Below are positions 1-10,435 of a stretch of 64,000 nucleotides of DNA, one piece after another. The notes under the pieces are model-generated. The model made no database searches. It saw nothing but the letters and a program-made list of their open reading frames with translations, and was not told the DNA's origin. Position 1 is the first letter of the stretch. Each line of letters begins with the position of its first letter. The DNA lies in NCBI GenBank assembly GCA_032128875.1, contig JAVLKG010000002.1, positions 480,001-544,000 on the forward strand. The letters are read 5' to 3'. The DNA comes from Candidatus Melainabacteria bacterium 17Bon1m. GTDB lineage: Bacteria > Cyanobacteriota > Vampirovibrionia > Obscuribacterales > Obscuribacteraceae. The position numbers and the translations under genes were made by a program.

Positions 1-1707
1 ATGGAAATTGCTCACTTTCTCGTAGTCAGCGAGCGACTTCGAGCGCTCGGCAATTTCTTTCTTCAGCATGTTGGTGACTTGCGGCATTTCGACAAGCTCT
101 GCGTAGCTGTTGAAACTCCAGCCTTCGTCAGAGGCGTGCTGAGTCAACGCTTGTTCGTCAAGCACGATGAGTGCAACCAACTGCTTGCGCTTGTCGCCGA
201 AAACCACAGCCTGATTGACAAAAGAGACTGTTTTCAGAACCGCTTCAATTTTTTGAGGAGCGATATTTTTGCCGGACGAATTGACAATGATGTCTTTCTT
301 GCGGTCGGTAATCTTCAAATACCCGTCACCGTCGATGATACCAATGTCGCCGGTGCGGAACCAGCCATCGACGAAAGCATCTTTGGTGGCTTCTTCCAGC
401 CCGTAATAGCCTTTAAAAATTGAAGCGCCACGAAGAAGAATTTCACCATCATCGGCGATGATCATTTCAACACTAGGCAGACTCGGTCCGACTGTGCCGA
501 TTTTCTTCCTCTCTACCAGGTTGACGCAAGCTGGTGCTGCGGTTTCGGTCAAGCCATAACCTTCTATGGTTGTGATACCAATAGAGTTGAAAAACTCAAT
601 CGTATGACCAGTCGCAGGAGCTCCTCCCGAAACAACCAGACGCAGACTGGGGCAGATCCTTTCTCTCAGTTTGCGGAAGACAGTCTTTTCAGCCAGCCAG
701 TGTTTGGCTCTCAATGCAACACGTGGTGCCACGCCACTGGCTTCTGCGTCGACAACTTCAGCGCCGACTTTCAACGCCCAGTCGATAAGCCGTTTGGCGT
801 TGCCAGAGGCTCCCTCGATACCGCTTCTGACTTTTGCGTAAATTTTGTCCAGCACGCGCGGCACTGTCAAAATCATGGTCGGTTTGACTTCTGCCATGTT
901 CTTCGCCATGGTCTCTATGCCCTCTGCATAAGCACAGACGCCGCCCGAGTAAATCCAATAGTACTCGCCGCAAACACGCTCGAAGACGTGGGACATAGGC
1001 AAATACGACAGGTAGACGTCGTTTTCGTCAATCGGAATTACGCCTTTCAAATCGTCAAGGACGCTGACGATATTGCCGTGAGTCAGGGGAACGCCTTTGG
1101 GTGTTCCGGTGGTACCGGAGGTGTAGATGATTGTAGCCATGTCTTCAAAGCAAATTTTTGCCATTCGCTCAGTGACTACTTCAGGATTTTGCTCCAGTTC
1201 TGTAAGACCTTTCTGTCTCAGTTCTTCCAGACCTATTACAAAGTCCGGGCTGATGTCATTTTCTGCAACAAACTCGCTCAAGGAGCGGCCTTTGTTTAAT
1301 TGCGATACGAGAACAACTGTCTTCAAAGTCTCTTGTTTTGATGCAAGAACTTTCTTGAGCAGTGCTTCGCCATGGACAAAAACGACTTTCGCACCGGAAT
1401 TACTCAGGATAAAGTCGATGTCAGCCTGCGAGCTGGTCGGATAAATAGGAACAGTAACTGCGCCACTGGATATGGTGGCAAGGTCGGCAGCAGCCCATAA
1501 ATGGGAAGTCTGTGAAAGAATGGCGACGCGATCGCCGGCTTCGATGCCTCTGGCAACCAGCCCAGCAGCCATTTCCTTAACTAGACGGGCCAGGGCGGTC
1601 CAAGTCATGGATTTGTAGGGAGACTTGTTTTCCTTGTAGCGTACAGCTTCCCTTTCGCAAAGAAGTTCTGCTCTTTCAAAAAACGTCGTAGCTAGGCTCT
1701 TGTTCAC
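1..1707 (-). CDS. fadD: Long-chain fatty acid-CoA ligase (AMP-dependent synthetase), 3' end runs off the window
   Basis: Missing from the ORF track because it has no stop in the window. Manual - strand translation from GTG at 1707 (GAGAGG upstream) gives MNKSLATTFFERAE..., IIYTSGTTGTPKGV (AMP-binding), GYGLTET and GWFRTGDIG...ITDRKKDII. Confidence 0.93.
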   Translation of the reverse strand, partial: MNKSLATTFFERAELLCEREAVRYKENKSPYKSMTWTALARLVKEMAAGLVARGIEAGDRVAILSQTSHLWAAADLATISSGAVTVPIYPTSSQADIDFILSNSGAKVVFVHGEALLKKVLASKQETLKTVVLVSQLNKGRSLSEFVAENDISPDFVIGLEELRQKGLTELEQNPEVVTERMAKICFEDMATIIYTSGTTGTPKGVPLTHGNIVSVLDDLKGVIPIDENDVYLSYLPMSHVFERVCGEYYWIYSGGVCAYAEGIETMAKNMAEVKPTMILTVPRVLDKIYAKVRSGIEGASGNAKRLIDWALKVGAEVVDAEASGVAPRVALRAKHWLAEKTVFRKLRERICPSLRLVVSGGAPATGHTIEFFNSIGITTIEGYGLTETAAPACVNLVERKKIGTVGPSLPSVEMIIADDGEILLRGASIFKGYYGLEEATKDAFVDGWFRTGDIGIIDGDGYLKITDRKKDIIVNSSGKNIAPQKIEAVLKTVSFVNQAVVFGDKRKQLVALIVLDEQALTQHASDEGWSFNSYAELVEMPQVTNMLKKEIAERSKSLADYEKVSNFH

Positions 1708-1974
1708 GGCCAGACCTCTCAATTCAGCGCCACCGGGCACAATTAGACAAATAAGTGAGACGCCCTTATTTTACTTCGGGTTCCCAATAGGCGGACGGTT
1801 TGTGAGAAATCTATACTGATCTATGAGCTATTGTGAACCTCTCTTAATCTTTCTCAGACTGCGTTTCGCTTGTTTTCGGCAAGCTTTCGAACGGCAAATT
1901 GGTACCACATTCGGTGCCGCGCCCCTGATTGGCATGGAGTGGTCCGCTTTCTATCTGACAAGTTGTGGTTGAAA

Positions 1975-2856
1975 CTATGTGAGAATCAGCTTTTCAGGTG
2001 ATGTTTCTGTAGTCCAATTATTGACTTTGTCGGCCAACTCATCAATAACCGGGTCAAACATCAAATCATGCCAAGCATCCTTGAACACGTGTTTTTGCTT
2101 GGAAGGCGCATTGAGACGCTCGAAAACAGCGTCGTTAACCTTGTTGTTGACAATTTTTTCATTGCCAGCCGTCAGCATTAATACTGGGCAAGGCGCTGAT
2201 TTGACGCGGTTTTGCACATCTTGAGAAAGCATGAGCAACTCGAATAGCATTTTGGCCGGAAGCTTGAAACGTCTCTCTGCGTCAGCATCTATCCATTTGC
2301 GCACGCCAACGTCTCTGGTGACTTGATCCGGCGCATAAGGCAAAGCCAGTTCAGTTTCCGGTGAGACCATTGCTGTCCACACTGAGTGAATGCGGAAAAG
2401 CAGGTCGAAAGTCTGTGGATTCCCATCAAAACCTGGCGAAAAAAGCACAAGACCATCAGGCTTAATGCGATTGGCGACTTTGAGCGCAACCAGCGCGCCC
2501 ATGCTGTTTCCCATCAAATATATCGGTTTGTCGCCCACTTTCTCGCGCACGTAATTGTAGGCTGTGACTGTGTCGTCAAGCCATTGGTGAAATGAGGAAA
2601 AGTTTTCTTTGCGTCTTTTGCCGAAGCCTACATGATCGGGCGCAACAGCAAACATTCGTCTTACTTTCAAGCGGCGGCCAAGGGCTTCGAACCAGCCGCT
2701 GTGTGCGCCCAGTCCGTGGATGAGGAGAGCTGCCGCACGGCATTCGGAGGCGGTCCCCCAGGTTCTTCCCGTTATCGGCGTGGCCGAGCCTTCTCCATCG
2801 CCTCTGGCGATTTCAATGGTGGATGCTGTCGGAGTCAGATTTATATCAGTGGTCAT
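1975..2856 (-). CDS. Alpha/beta hydrolase, lysophospholipase/monoacylglycerol lipase-like (Hydrolase_4)
   Basis: LLIHGLGAHSGWF, PDHVGFG, GNSMG nucleophile elbow and C-terminal AWHDL; lies upstream of the acyl-CoA ligase on the same strand. Confidence 0.88.
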   Translation of the reverse strand: MTTDINLTPTASTIEIARGDGEGSATPITGRTWGTASECRAAALLIHGLGAHSGWFEALGRRLKVRRMFAVAPDHVGFGKRRKENFSSFHQWLDDTVTAYNYVREKVGDKPIYLMGNSMGALVALKVANRIKPDGLVLFSPGFDGNPQTFDLLFRIHSVWTAMVSPETELALPYAPDQVTRDVGVRKWIDADAERRFKLPAKMLFELLMLSQDVQNRVKSAPCPVLMLTAGNEKIVNNKVNDAVFERLNAPSKQKHVFKDAWHDLMFDPVIDELADKVNNWTTETSPEKLILT

Positions 2857-2921
2857 CTTGCACGTTATTATAACTTTGATGAGTCTCGCATATGCGTTTT
2901 ATCTCAATTGAGAAGCATTAG

Positions 2922-4469
2922 ATGTCCAATGTTGATGCACATGAAAAGTCCGGCGCGCACCAGACCACATCCAGTGGTTTTAAGAAGTGGCGCGTCGTTA
3001 TCTTTGTTCTTATAGGTGCAGCAATAGTTGCTCTCTTGATTTTTTTCGGAAAGCCCGAAAGAACACCTTTTGAACAAGCAGTGGACTTAATAAAATCGGG
3101 CAAATCGGCCTTTGCCGTTCCTATATTGGAGAAGCTGTCGCGCGAACGCCCCGATGATGCCAACATTTATCCTTATCTGGCCCAGGGATATTTGACTACT
3201 GATCGGCCCGCTGAAGGTCGCCTTGCCCTGGATACCGCACTGCGACTGCGTATAGCAGGAAGACAATTGGCACCCGTGGTCAGTGCTTATGCCAGCTACT
3301 ACACGACAAAGGGGCATTTTGCTGAAGCAGAAAAGCTCTTTAATTCAGCTTCTTCAGTGATGGGTGCGCATGATGGTGCCGACGAGCGAGCTCGTTTGTA
3401 TCTGGCCTGGGCTGAAGAGAATTTGCGAAACACTGACCTGGAGGCAGCCGTTGCACACTTGAAGCAGGCGAATTCTCATGCTGAAGAGGTCAGCGAACCG
3501 CTGCGCTCTTTGATTCCGCATCGTTTGAGCGATTGCTACCGCCAGCTTGCCGCATTAGCCGAAACCAAAGAGAAAGACCAGAGGAAAGCAGCTTCTTTGC
3601 TTGAAACAGCTCTCAAAGTATCAGACGAGCCCATTACACGCATGAATCTTGCCTTGTTATACCGGCAGTTGGGCAACACGCAAGGTGCAATTCAAAATTA
3701 CGATCTGGTATCGAAGGCTGATCCGAACAACCTGGAAGCTCGCCATCACCTCATTACTTTGCTGTGCGAAAAGAACGATTTTCAAGCGGCTCAGACTGCG
3801 CTCATTGACCTCACTGACAAAGAGCGTAGTGTGGAAAATTATGTCCTTCTTGCCAGCCTTGATCTCAAACTGAACAACTACCCGGGGGCCGTGCGCGCAT
3901 TGGAAGACGCTTTGGACCTCGGTGACAAGCCCGAACTGTTGAAACAGCTTGAGAGTGTGCTTTTGGATTGGAGTCAAAAGCTCTTAAAAGAAGGCAAGAG
4001 AGAAGAAGCTGCATCCGTTAAGGTTCGAGCCGACCGGGTAGCAGAGCAGCTTTCCTTGCTCATCGGCAAGCCGGAAGACAAGGAAAAACCTACCGAAGAT
4101 GAGAGCAGCCTTGCGCAGAAGCCCGATGAATACTTCGAGAAGGTTCCTCCCATTGCTCTGAGTTCCAGCCGTATTTGGCTGGCGAGGGGCAGTTTTACTC
4201 CTGAAGGGGAAATCCGTATCCGCAACATTAGTGGCAGACCGGTCAAAGACCTGGCGTTGAAAGTTGTGTTTTTCGATCATTCTTCCAAGCGCGCTGCCGG
4301 CTCAGTCACTTTGCCGGTTGCGTCGCCGTCGTCACCCCCAATGGAGACCGGCGGCACTCGCACAGTTTATTTTTCTTCTCCTGCAACGGTAAAAGCGGAG
4401 CATCGTCTCGCTGTCGTCATATACTGGCGAGGGCGGCTGCTTAAGGAATATCCCGTAGTAAAGCAGTAG
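2922..4469 (+). CDS. Membrane-anchored tetratricopeptide repeat protein with C-terminal beta-rich domain
   Basis: N-terminal TM helix (VVIFVLIGAAIVALLIFF), multiple TPR-like helical repeats and a beta-strand-rich C-terminus (GEIRIRNISGRPV...LKVVFFD). Confidence 0.8.
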   Translation: MSNVDAHEKSGAHQTTSSGFKKWRVVIFVLIGAAIVALLIFFGKPERTPFEQAVDLIKSGKSAFAVPILEKLSRERPDDANIYPYLAQGYLTTDRPAEGRLALDTALRLRIAGRQLAPVVSAYASYYTTKGHFAEAEKLFNSASSVMGAHDGADERARLYLAWAEENLRNTDLEAAVAHLKQANSHAEEVSEPLRSLIPHRLSDCYRQLAALAETKEKDQRKAASLLETALKVSDEPITRMNLALLYRQLGNTQGAIQNYDLVSKADPNNLEARHHLITLLCEKNDFQAAQTALIDLTDKERSVENYVLLASLDLKLNNYPGAVRALEDALDLGDKPELLKQLESVLLDWSQKLLKEGKREEAASVKVRADRVAEQLSLLIGKPEDKEKPTEDESSLAQKPDEYFEKVPPIALSSSRIWLARGSFTPEGEIRIRNISGRPVKDLALKVVFFDHSSKRAAGSVTLPVASPSSPPMETGGTRTVYFSSPATVKAEHRLAVVIYWRGRLLKEYPVVKQ

Positions 4470-4534
4470 CTTGCCTAAAAGGGCATATCCGTCTTACGTG
4501 CATATATATAAGTAGGTCTCCCGGAGCTTGCTAA

Positions 4535-5008
4535 ATGACCCAAGAACCAGCCGCCCCAGCAAATTGCCGTCATGAGTACGTGACAATCTACCAGCGCCGA
4601 TTGAAAGGGCTGGACCGGCGGCTAGTTGCCACGCGCGCCTATCTTCCAGTCGGATTCAAAATGGCCGACTTCGGACATCTAAGTGAAGGCAGTTATTGTT
4701 TTTGCTCTCGCTGCCGCACCCGATTGTTTCCCAAGCGTTCTCAGGCAGAAAAACTCAAAGCTCGGGAACTGTTGGCTGCATCCAAGGCTCAAAAGGAATT
4801 GGACGCACAAGCTGCTTTTGCTGATGACGAAACCATGCTCGACAACGAAAACTTAGACGAAACCGAAAACGACGGATCTTCGTCTGCTGAGGTCCAGGTT
4901 GAAGAACTTGAAATTGAAGCCGTCGACGTTGAAGATATTCAGGCTGAAGGTGTCAAAATCAATGATGATGAGGAATCAACTTGTCTGGTTGATGACGCGG
5001 ACGATTAA
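4535..5008 (+). CDS. Hypothetical protein with putative Zn-binding N-terminus and very acidic C-terminal tail
   Basis: GGAG RBS; CRH and CFCSRC motifs; D/E-rich C-terminal half. Confidence 0.7.
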   Translation: MTQEPAAPANCRHEYVTIYQRRLKGLDRRLVATRAYLPVGFKMADFGHLSEGSYCFCSRCRTRLFPKRSQAEKLKARELLAASKAQKELDAQAAFADDETMLDNENLDETENDGSSSAEVQVEELEIEAVDVEDIQAEGVKINDDEESTCLVDDADD

Positions 5009-5250
5009 TTGAAAGGTGGAGCTACTAACCAATGCTCCAAGAGATAAGGGTTTCTGAAGGAAGTCGATTTTCTATTCCTAAGAACGAGGTTAAGCAGAAA
5101 TGAAACGTTTGATTGATAAGTTAATTGCTGCAGTAGTTTTATTGCCGCCTCTGTATATGCTCGTGCGCTTTGTTCGCTGGTCGATGAACCAGGATTATCC
5201 AAAGACGCAGGAAGAAGACATTTAGTTCGTACAGCAGTCGGAAAGGTTGA

Positions 5251-5853
5251 ATGGCTCAATACATCGCCAGAATTATCCGTGCAATTGTCGTTGGAGCCTT
5301 AGGCTTTGGCGGTGGCATCGGGCTGCTGATTATCATCATTTTCTTGACCGTCAAAGGTGATCAAAACGCTTTTGAATATGGCGTTAAGTGGGGGTTCGAG
5401 ATCGGGATGGTATTTGCCATTCTGATGGTGGCAGTGTTATTACCACTGGATCTTTTTTTGAGGATGAACAGAGCAAAAGGCGAACACAGCCAGCTCTGGG
5501 AATTGGAACAGTCCAGAGAATTGATTTTCGAAGGGTCCAGCAAAGAAGCGATGGCTGCTTGCCGCAAGGCACTGCTGATGGTGCCATACGTACATCAAGT
5601 TTCTGATGATACCGAGCATTTGACTGCGCGCGCTTCGACTGGCGCAAGTTGGCGCTCACCGGGTGAAGACCTTGAAGTAGAAATCAATCCTATTTCCGAG
5701 AACAAGTGGCAAGTTAAGTGCATCAGCCGCTCGCGCTCGAAGAACGTTGTTTTCGATTATGCGAAGAATTTTGAGAATGTAGAGACCTGGTTTAAAGGCA
5801 TTCAAGAACCAAACGATCCACCGCCTCAGACCCCGCCGAAAACTGTTGCCTAG
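5251..5853 (+). CDS. Hypothetical membrane protein (2 N-terminal TM helices plus soluble domain)
   Basis: 200 aa ORF with AAGG RBS and two hydrophobic segments. Confidence 0.75.
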   Translation: MAQYIARIIRAIVVGALGFGGGIGLLIIIIFLTVKGDQNAFEYGVKWGFEIGMVFAILMVAVLLPLDLFLRMNRAKGEHSQLWELEQSRELIFEGSSKEAMAACRKALLMVPYVHQVSDDTEHLTARASTGASWRSPGEDLEVEINPISENKWQVKCISRSRSKNVVFDYAKNFENVETWFKGIQEPNDPPPQTPPKTVA

Positions 5854-5859
5854 GCTTGT

Positions 5860-6609
5860 TTACTTGCCGGCAGTCGTTAGTTCCGGCGCAAAGTCTGTCT
5901 GCAAGAACGACTGCAGAAAAAGTTGCTCGCAATCGTTTCTCAACTCATTCAAGTCTTTTGCTGTGTCTATTGCTTTCCAGAATGATTGAGTAGGATAGGC
6001 TTTTAGAAGACCTTGCTCTGCCAGCAGCGGGAATGTACCGACTTCGTGGTCGCCTTTGTCCGGCAGCTCATCTACGATTTCTGGTTCCAAAACATAGATG
6101 CCGGCATTTACCCAAAGCGGTAATTCCGGTTTTTCTTTGAACGCCGAAACGTTCATGCTTTCATCAATTTCGATGATGCCGTAATCGCATTTGAGCGGCA
6201 CTGTGACAATCGTGGCCAGAGGTTTGTGTTTTCTATGGTAGCGGACGACCGATGAAAGGGCGAGATTCGTGATGATATCGCCGTTCATTGCCAGCACCGG
6301 TTCGTTTTTAGGTACAGAGCCGTGTTTGAGGGCTTGCTTTAGTGCTCCACCTCGTCCCAGTGGGGTTTCCTCAATCAAATAATTGATCTCGACTGAATGG
6401 CTGCTTCCGTCTCCAAAATAGTCTTGAATCAACTCATGCTTATATCCGCAGCACAGAGTCATTTTCTTGAATCCATGCAGGATCAGAAGTTTGATTTGAA
6501 GCGAGAGTAACGGGTTGCCTAAGACCGGAATCATGCATTTAGGCTTGTCTTCGGTGAAAGGTCTTAGCCTTTCACCTTTGCCGCCGCAAAGAATGATGAC
6601 ATGTTCCAT
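5860..6609 (-). CDS. Sugar-phosphate nucleotidyltransferase (NTP_transferase family)
   Basis: ILCGGKGERLRPFTEDKPKCM, EETPLGRGGA, NGDI, FKEKP, VNAGIY and WKAIDT motifs. Confidence 0.92.
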   Translation of the reverse strand: MEHVIILCGGKGERLRPFTEDKPKCMIPVLGNPLLSLQIKLLILHGFKKMTLCCGYKHELIQDYFGDGSSHSVEINYLIEETPLGRGGALKQALKHGSVPKNEPVLAMNGDIITNLALSSVVRYHRKHKPLATIVTVPLKCDYGIIEIDESMNVSAFKEKPELPLWVNAGIYVLEPEIVDELPDKGDHEVGTFPLLAEQGLLKAYPTQSFWKAIDTAKDLNELRNDCEQLFLQSFLQTDFAPELTTAGK

Positions 6610-6727
6610 TAGGCGCCACCTAAAGATGCCAGTAGATTATCCCACAGCGCCATGCGCCTTTGATTTGAGCGTTCTCAGATGAGGTTGCCCACCTCGCACG
6701 TTGCCCATCTGGATCGTTGCTAAGCGC

Positions 6728-7534
6728 TCAATTGCCGCGCAGTAGGTGTTCTTTGGGTGGCATCTGCCCGTCCTCAAAGTGTTTGAAAACGCCGAGATCC
6801 AATTTGAAACTATCAGGGCGTACCGAAATGTCTCCGGAGAATGGATAGCCGAAAACAAAAACTAGAAAAATGTTCAACGCCAAAGTCATCGCGACCAGGA
6901 TGGTCATTAAGACTTGAGTCTTTAAACTTTCGACGGCGAAGAAGTAAGTGAAGATCAAAGTGAAAACTCCACCTACGATAAGTACAATCCACATCACTGG
7001 GGCGACACCGTGAGATGCGCTTACTAAGCGAGTTCTGCGGCTTTCCGTCACTTCACAGATTTCAGATATTAGTTGCTGCTGAAGCGCCTCCTCGCGCGGT
7101 GTTTTCGGATCGAAGGTAGTGATTTCCTTCCAAAGTCCCCATGTGTTCTTAAATGCCTCAGGGCTGTATCCTCCTTTCTCAAGGAGAGGCCATTCGTCTT
7201 TAATGACGATTTCCGCATAGTCTCTGCAATGCGTTCGAATAGATATCTGCAGATCTTTAGGCAAACCGTGTGCAGCAAGAAAAATGTTGCAGAGGTGCGT
7301 CGCCTCGTTGTCGACGATTACCCGAAGATCTTGTTGATGTTGCATTGCGTCGACCACGACAAAACCAAGCAACACGGCATATAGAGTGCCGATTACAGAA
7401 AGAAGATGACCGGCAACTTCATGATGTGTAATTAGCTGCTGGACTCCAACTTTCTTTCTCACCAGAAGCATTCCTGCTACAGCGAGCGCCGTGGTGAAAA
7501 CTATGAAGAGTCCACCAGCTAGATAAGAGTTCAC
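6728..7534 (-). CDS. DUF4239-like (bestrophin-like) membrane protein
   Basis: 4 TM helices, GTLYAVLLGFVVV, RRTRL and C-terminal YPFSGDISVRPDSF typical of this family. Confidence 0.75.
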   Translation of the reverse strand: MNSYLAGGLFIVFTTALAVAGMLLVRKKVGVQQLITHHEVAGHLLSVIGTLYAVLLGFVVVDAMQHQQDLRVIVDNEATHLCNIFLAAHGLPKDLQISIRTHCRDYAEIVIKDEWPLLEKGGYSPEAFKNTWGLWKEITTFDPKTPREEALQQQLISEICEVTESRRTRLVSASHGVAPVMWIVLIVGGVFTLIFTYFFAVESLKTQVLMTILVAMTLALNIFLVFVFGYPFSGDISVRPDSFKLDLGVFKHFEDGQMPPKEHLLRGN

Positions 7535-7545
7535 GATATACGCCT

Positions 7546-9261
7546 TTAGAGTCCGAGGAAATCCGGTCCGCTGCCTTGAGAGGTCGGCTTAACGCGAAGG
7601 TTTACCTCCGGACAGACGATTTCACAAGTGCGGCAGTGTACGCAGTTTTCCAAAGACATTCCGTGTCTTTTCACCTGGTCGATAATGTCGACGCGGTGTA
7701 CTTCGGCTGTACAGTCGGCAACGCAAGGTGTTGTCTTGCCGAAGCCATCGTATTTGGAGATACACTTCACGCACACGTCGGCATTGAATTCGTCGATGTG
7801 TTGGTTGCCTTCGTGATACTTCGTCCCGGCGAAGAATACAGCGTCAGCGCGAGAGTAAATAGTTGCTTTCTCGTACTGCGGCTCTTCGAATTTCGGTGGG
7901 ACGAATTCGGGAATGATGTGCTTCCAGTCGGGCTCATACTTGATAGGACCAATATCGAATTTACCTTCGATGAGTCCAAGCGATCTAATACCGTCTTTGG
8001 GAGCTTTGAATGGGTTTTTGAAACCGATTTTGAGCATGCCGATCCACGGTGTGGACTTGTCGATGCTCTTCACCATTTCAGGCAAGTATTGACCCAACAA
8101 ACGCGGGTTTTCTTGGAATGCATAACGGAAATAACGATTGTTGAAAGACTCTTTGACGACAAAGCTGTCTTTCAAACGTGCGTCATACGCTTCAAGAGCG
8201 CTCTCAGAGCTGTCACCCTTCATCAAGGCGTCAAATACAACTTGTGCACCCACATAACCGCACTCCATAGCGCGGTCAATGCCGGCTAGATTTTTTACGT
8301 CGAGCACGCCAAGAGCATCGCCTAGAAGCAAGCCGCCATTGAAGTGAAACTTCTTGGGCAAGCTGTAATAGCCGCCTTCAGGCAGCAATGCAGCACCGTA
8401 TTTGAGCAGTTTGCCACCCTTGATCATGTCTTGAATCCATGGGTGTTTTTTATACTCTTGCAGTTTCAGCTGCGGATTCATGTTTGGATCCGGGCTGTCC
8501 AGACTGATGACCATTCCAATAGTCAGTTTGTTGTCTTTCATACCGTAGACGAAGCCACCACCGAAGGTGCCATCGAGGAGAGGCCATCCCAAGGTGTGCC
8601 AAACTTTTCCTGCGTAATCGCCCTCAACTTGCCAGACTTCTTTTACGCCTACAGACCAGATTTGCGGGCAATCTCTCAATTTGAAATGGTCGATTACGTC
8701 GCGTGAGATAAATCCTTTGTCGCCAAAACATGTGTATTTGGCGTAAACATAATCGTCTTCAGATTTCGGATCTTCAGAAACAGCCACGCCGGCTACGCGT
8801 CCATCTTCGAAAACAACTTTATGAGCGGAAAAGCCAGTATAAGGATCGACACTGACATTGGTCACTTCTTTCGCTTTTTCCATGACCTGATTGGCGAGCC
8901 AGCCGGTCACGTAGCTCAAAGTCAGTACCAAATAGCCTCTCTTGTCGAAAGACTTCGGATACATCTTAGGTGGCATGTCCCATTTCTTTTGAAGGGAAAG
9001 AACCGACATATTTGATTCGGTGCATTCCGCTTCGATGGGAAAGTTCTTTTCTTTGTAGTCCGGGAAGACTTTCTTCAAAACATGCGGATTAGAAACGGCG
9101 CCGCTCAAAATGTTCGAGCCAAAATCCTTTCCCTTTTCGAGAATTGCAATCGTGAATTCCTTGCCGCTCTCTTTGGCAAGTTCAAGAAATCGATAAGCGA
9201 GCGTCAAATTGGATGGACTGCCGCCTACCAAAAGAAGATCGTACTCAATGCGCGCTGACAA
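7546..9261 (-). CDS. Electron transfer flavoprotein:quinone oxidoreductase (FixC-FixX-like fusion)
   Basis: ILSGAV, VGVKEVW, HTLGWPL, GGGFVY, LPEGGYYSLPK and GDALG, plus C-terminal Cys clusters CVKC/PCVADC/CVHCRTCEIVCP and terminal GSGPDF; in an operon with etfBA. Confidence 0.9.
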   Translation of the reverse strand: MSARIEYDLLLVGGSPSNLTLAYRFLELAKESGKEFTIAILEKGKDFGSNILSGAVSNPHVLKKVFPDYKEKNFPIEAECTESNMSVLSLQKKWDMPPKMYPKSFDKRGYLVLTLSYVTGWLANQVMEKAKEVTNVSVDPYTGFSAHKVVFEDGRVAGVAVSEDPKSEDDYVYAKYTCFGDKGFISRDVIDHFKLRDCPQIWSVGVKEVWQVEGDYAGKVWHTLGWPLLDGTFGGGFVYGMKDNKLTIGMVISLDSPDPNMNPQLKLQEYKKHPWIQDMIKGGKLLKYGAALLPEGGYYSLPKKFHFNGGLLLGDALGVLDVKNLAGIDRAMECGYVGAQVVFDALMKGDSSESALEAYDARLKDSFVVKESFNNRYFRYAFQENPRLLGQYLPEMVKSIDKSTPWIGMLKIGFKNPFKAPKDGIRSLGLIEGKFDIGPIKYEPDWKHIIPEFVPPKFEEPQYEKATIYSRADAVFFAGTKYHEGNQHIDEFNADVCVKCISKYDGFGKTTPCVADCTAEVHRVDIIDQVKRHGMSLENCVHCRTCEIVCPEVNLRVKPTSQGSGPDFLGL

Positions 9262-10372
9262 CTGCTTCTACCTCTCGTCCGGACTGTACTGCCTTAAACT
9301 GTTTGATCAACTCAGGCAAAACCTGATAGACATCGCCCACGATTCCGTGATGCGCAAATTTGAAAATTGGTGCATCCGCATCTTTATTGATGGCCAAAAT
9401 CATTGTTGATTTAGACATGCCGACACGGTGTTGAATGGCTCCGGAAATACCGCAAGCGATGTAGAGCTTTGGCCTTACGGTTTTGCCTGTTTGACCGACC
9501 TGGTGCTGATACGGGATCCAGCCAAGGTCAACCACCTTTCTGGAAGCACCAACTGCCGAATTCGGAAAACATTTTGCCAGTTCATAAAGAAGGTTGAAGC
9601 CTTCTTTTGTACCCATACCGTAGCCACCACTGATGATGACATCAGCTTCGGTTAGTTTTACGCCTTTCGCGATTTCTCTGACCGTATCGGCAACGCTAAG
9701 ACGGCTATCTTCTTCCTTGAATTCGACATTCAATTTGATGATTTCGCCTTTGCGGTTGGTATCGCTTTTAAGTGGAATCATCACGCCCGGGCGGGTAGTT
9801 GCCATCTGCGGGTTCTTCCATGGTCCGAGAATTCTTGCTTTGAGACTTTCGCCGAAGCTTGGACGAATCGCATAAAGGCAATTTGGATACAAACCAATTT
9901 TGCTGGGATCGACTTTACTTTTGTGCTCGTAAGGCCCGATGTCCAACTCAGTACAGTCTGCGGTCAAACCAGTATCGAAATGCGCTGCAATGCGTGGTGC
10001 CAAGTCGCGACCAGTCGTTGTAGACCCTAACAAGCAGGTGTGTGGAGGCTCAGGAAGTGACTCGAGGAAATCGCAAACAACACGTCTGTACGGCAACGTA
10101 CGATAGCATTCCAACTCTGGATGATCGGCAACATAGACTCTGTCAGCGCCATGTTCGATCAACTTTTGTGGAATGTCGCCGAGATTGTGTCCCATGACGA
10201 TGGAAATCAGCGGTTTTTCCATTTTGTCGGCAAGCAGTCTTCCTGCGCCGAGAAGCTCAAGAGTGACAGGTTGCAATTCGCCCAGAATATGCTCGGCTAC
10301 TACCAGCACTTCTCCTTTAGGGCAATACTGCGAAACGTCTACTTCGGCGACGACTGGGGCTTCTTCTGTCAT
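9245..10372 (-). CDS. etfA: Electron transfer flavoprotein alpha subunit (EtfA/FixB)
   Basis: GRDLAPRIAA...TGLTADCT, PQMATTRPG and QVGQTGKTVRPKLYIACGISGAIQHRVGM. Confidence 0.96.
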   Translation of the reverse strand: MTEEAPVVAEVDVSQYCPKGEVLVVAEHILGELQPVTLELLGAGRLLADKMEKPLISIVMGHNLGDIPQKLIEHGADRVYVADHPELECYRTLPYRRVVCDFLESLPEPPHTCLLGSTTTGRDLAPRIAAHFDTGLTADCTELDIGPYEHKSKVDPSKIGLYPNCLYAIRPSFGESLKARILGPWKNPQMATTRPGVMIPLKSDTNRKGEIIKLNVEFKEEDSRLSVADTVREIAKGVKLTEADVIISGGYGMGTKEGFNLLYELAKCFPNSAVGASRKVVDLGWIPYQHQVGQTGKTVRPKLYIACGISGAIQHRVGMSKSTMILAINKDADAPIFKFAHHGIVGDVYQVLPELIKQFKAVQSGREVEAVVSAH

Positions 10373-10435
10373 TTTGTTATTCCGGTGTTTGGGATTCTAT
10401 TTTTTCGGACGAAAATTTGTTTTTAAATCCTGTGC

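Noticed and set aside
1-1444. + strand ORFs 1..423, 604..1299 and 1127..1444
   Set aside because: Antisense shadows of the - strand acyl-CoA ligase, which is continuous in one frame with no frameshift.
7576-8706. + strand ORFs of 237 and 120 aa
   Set aside because: Antisense to the ETF:quinone oxidoreductase, with no motifs of their own.
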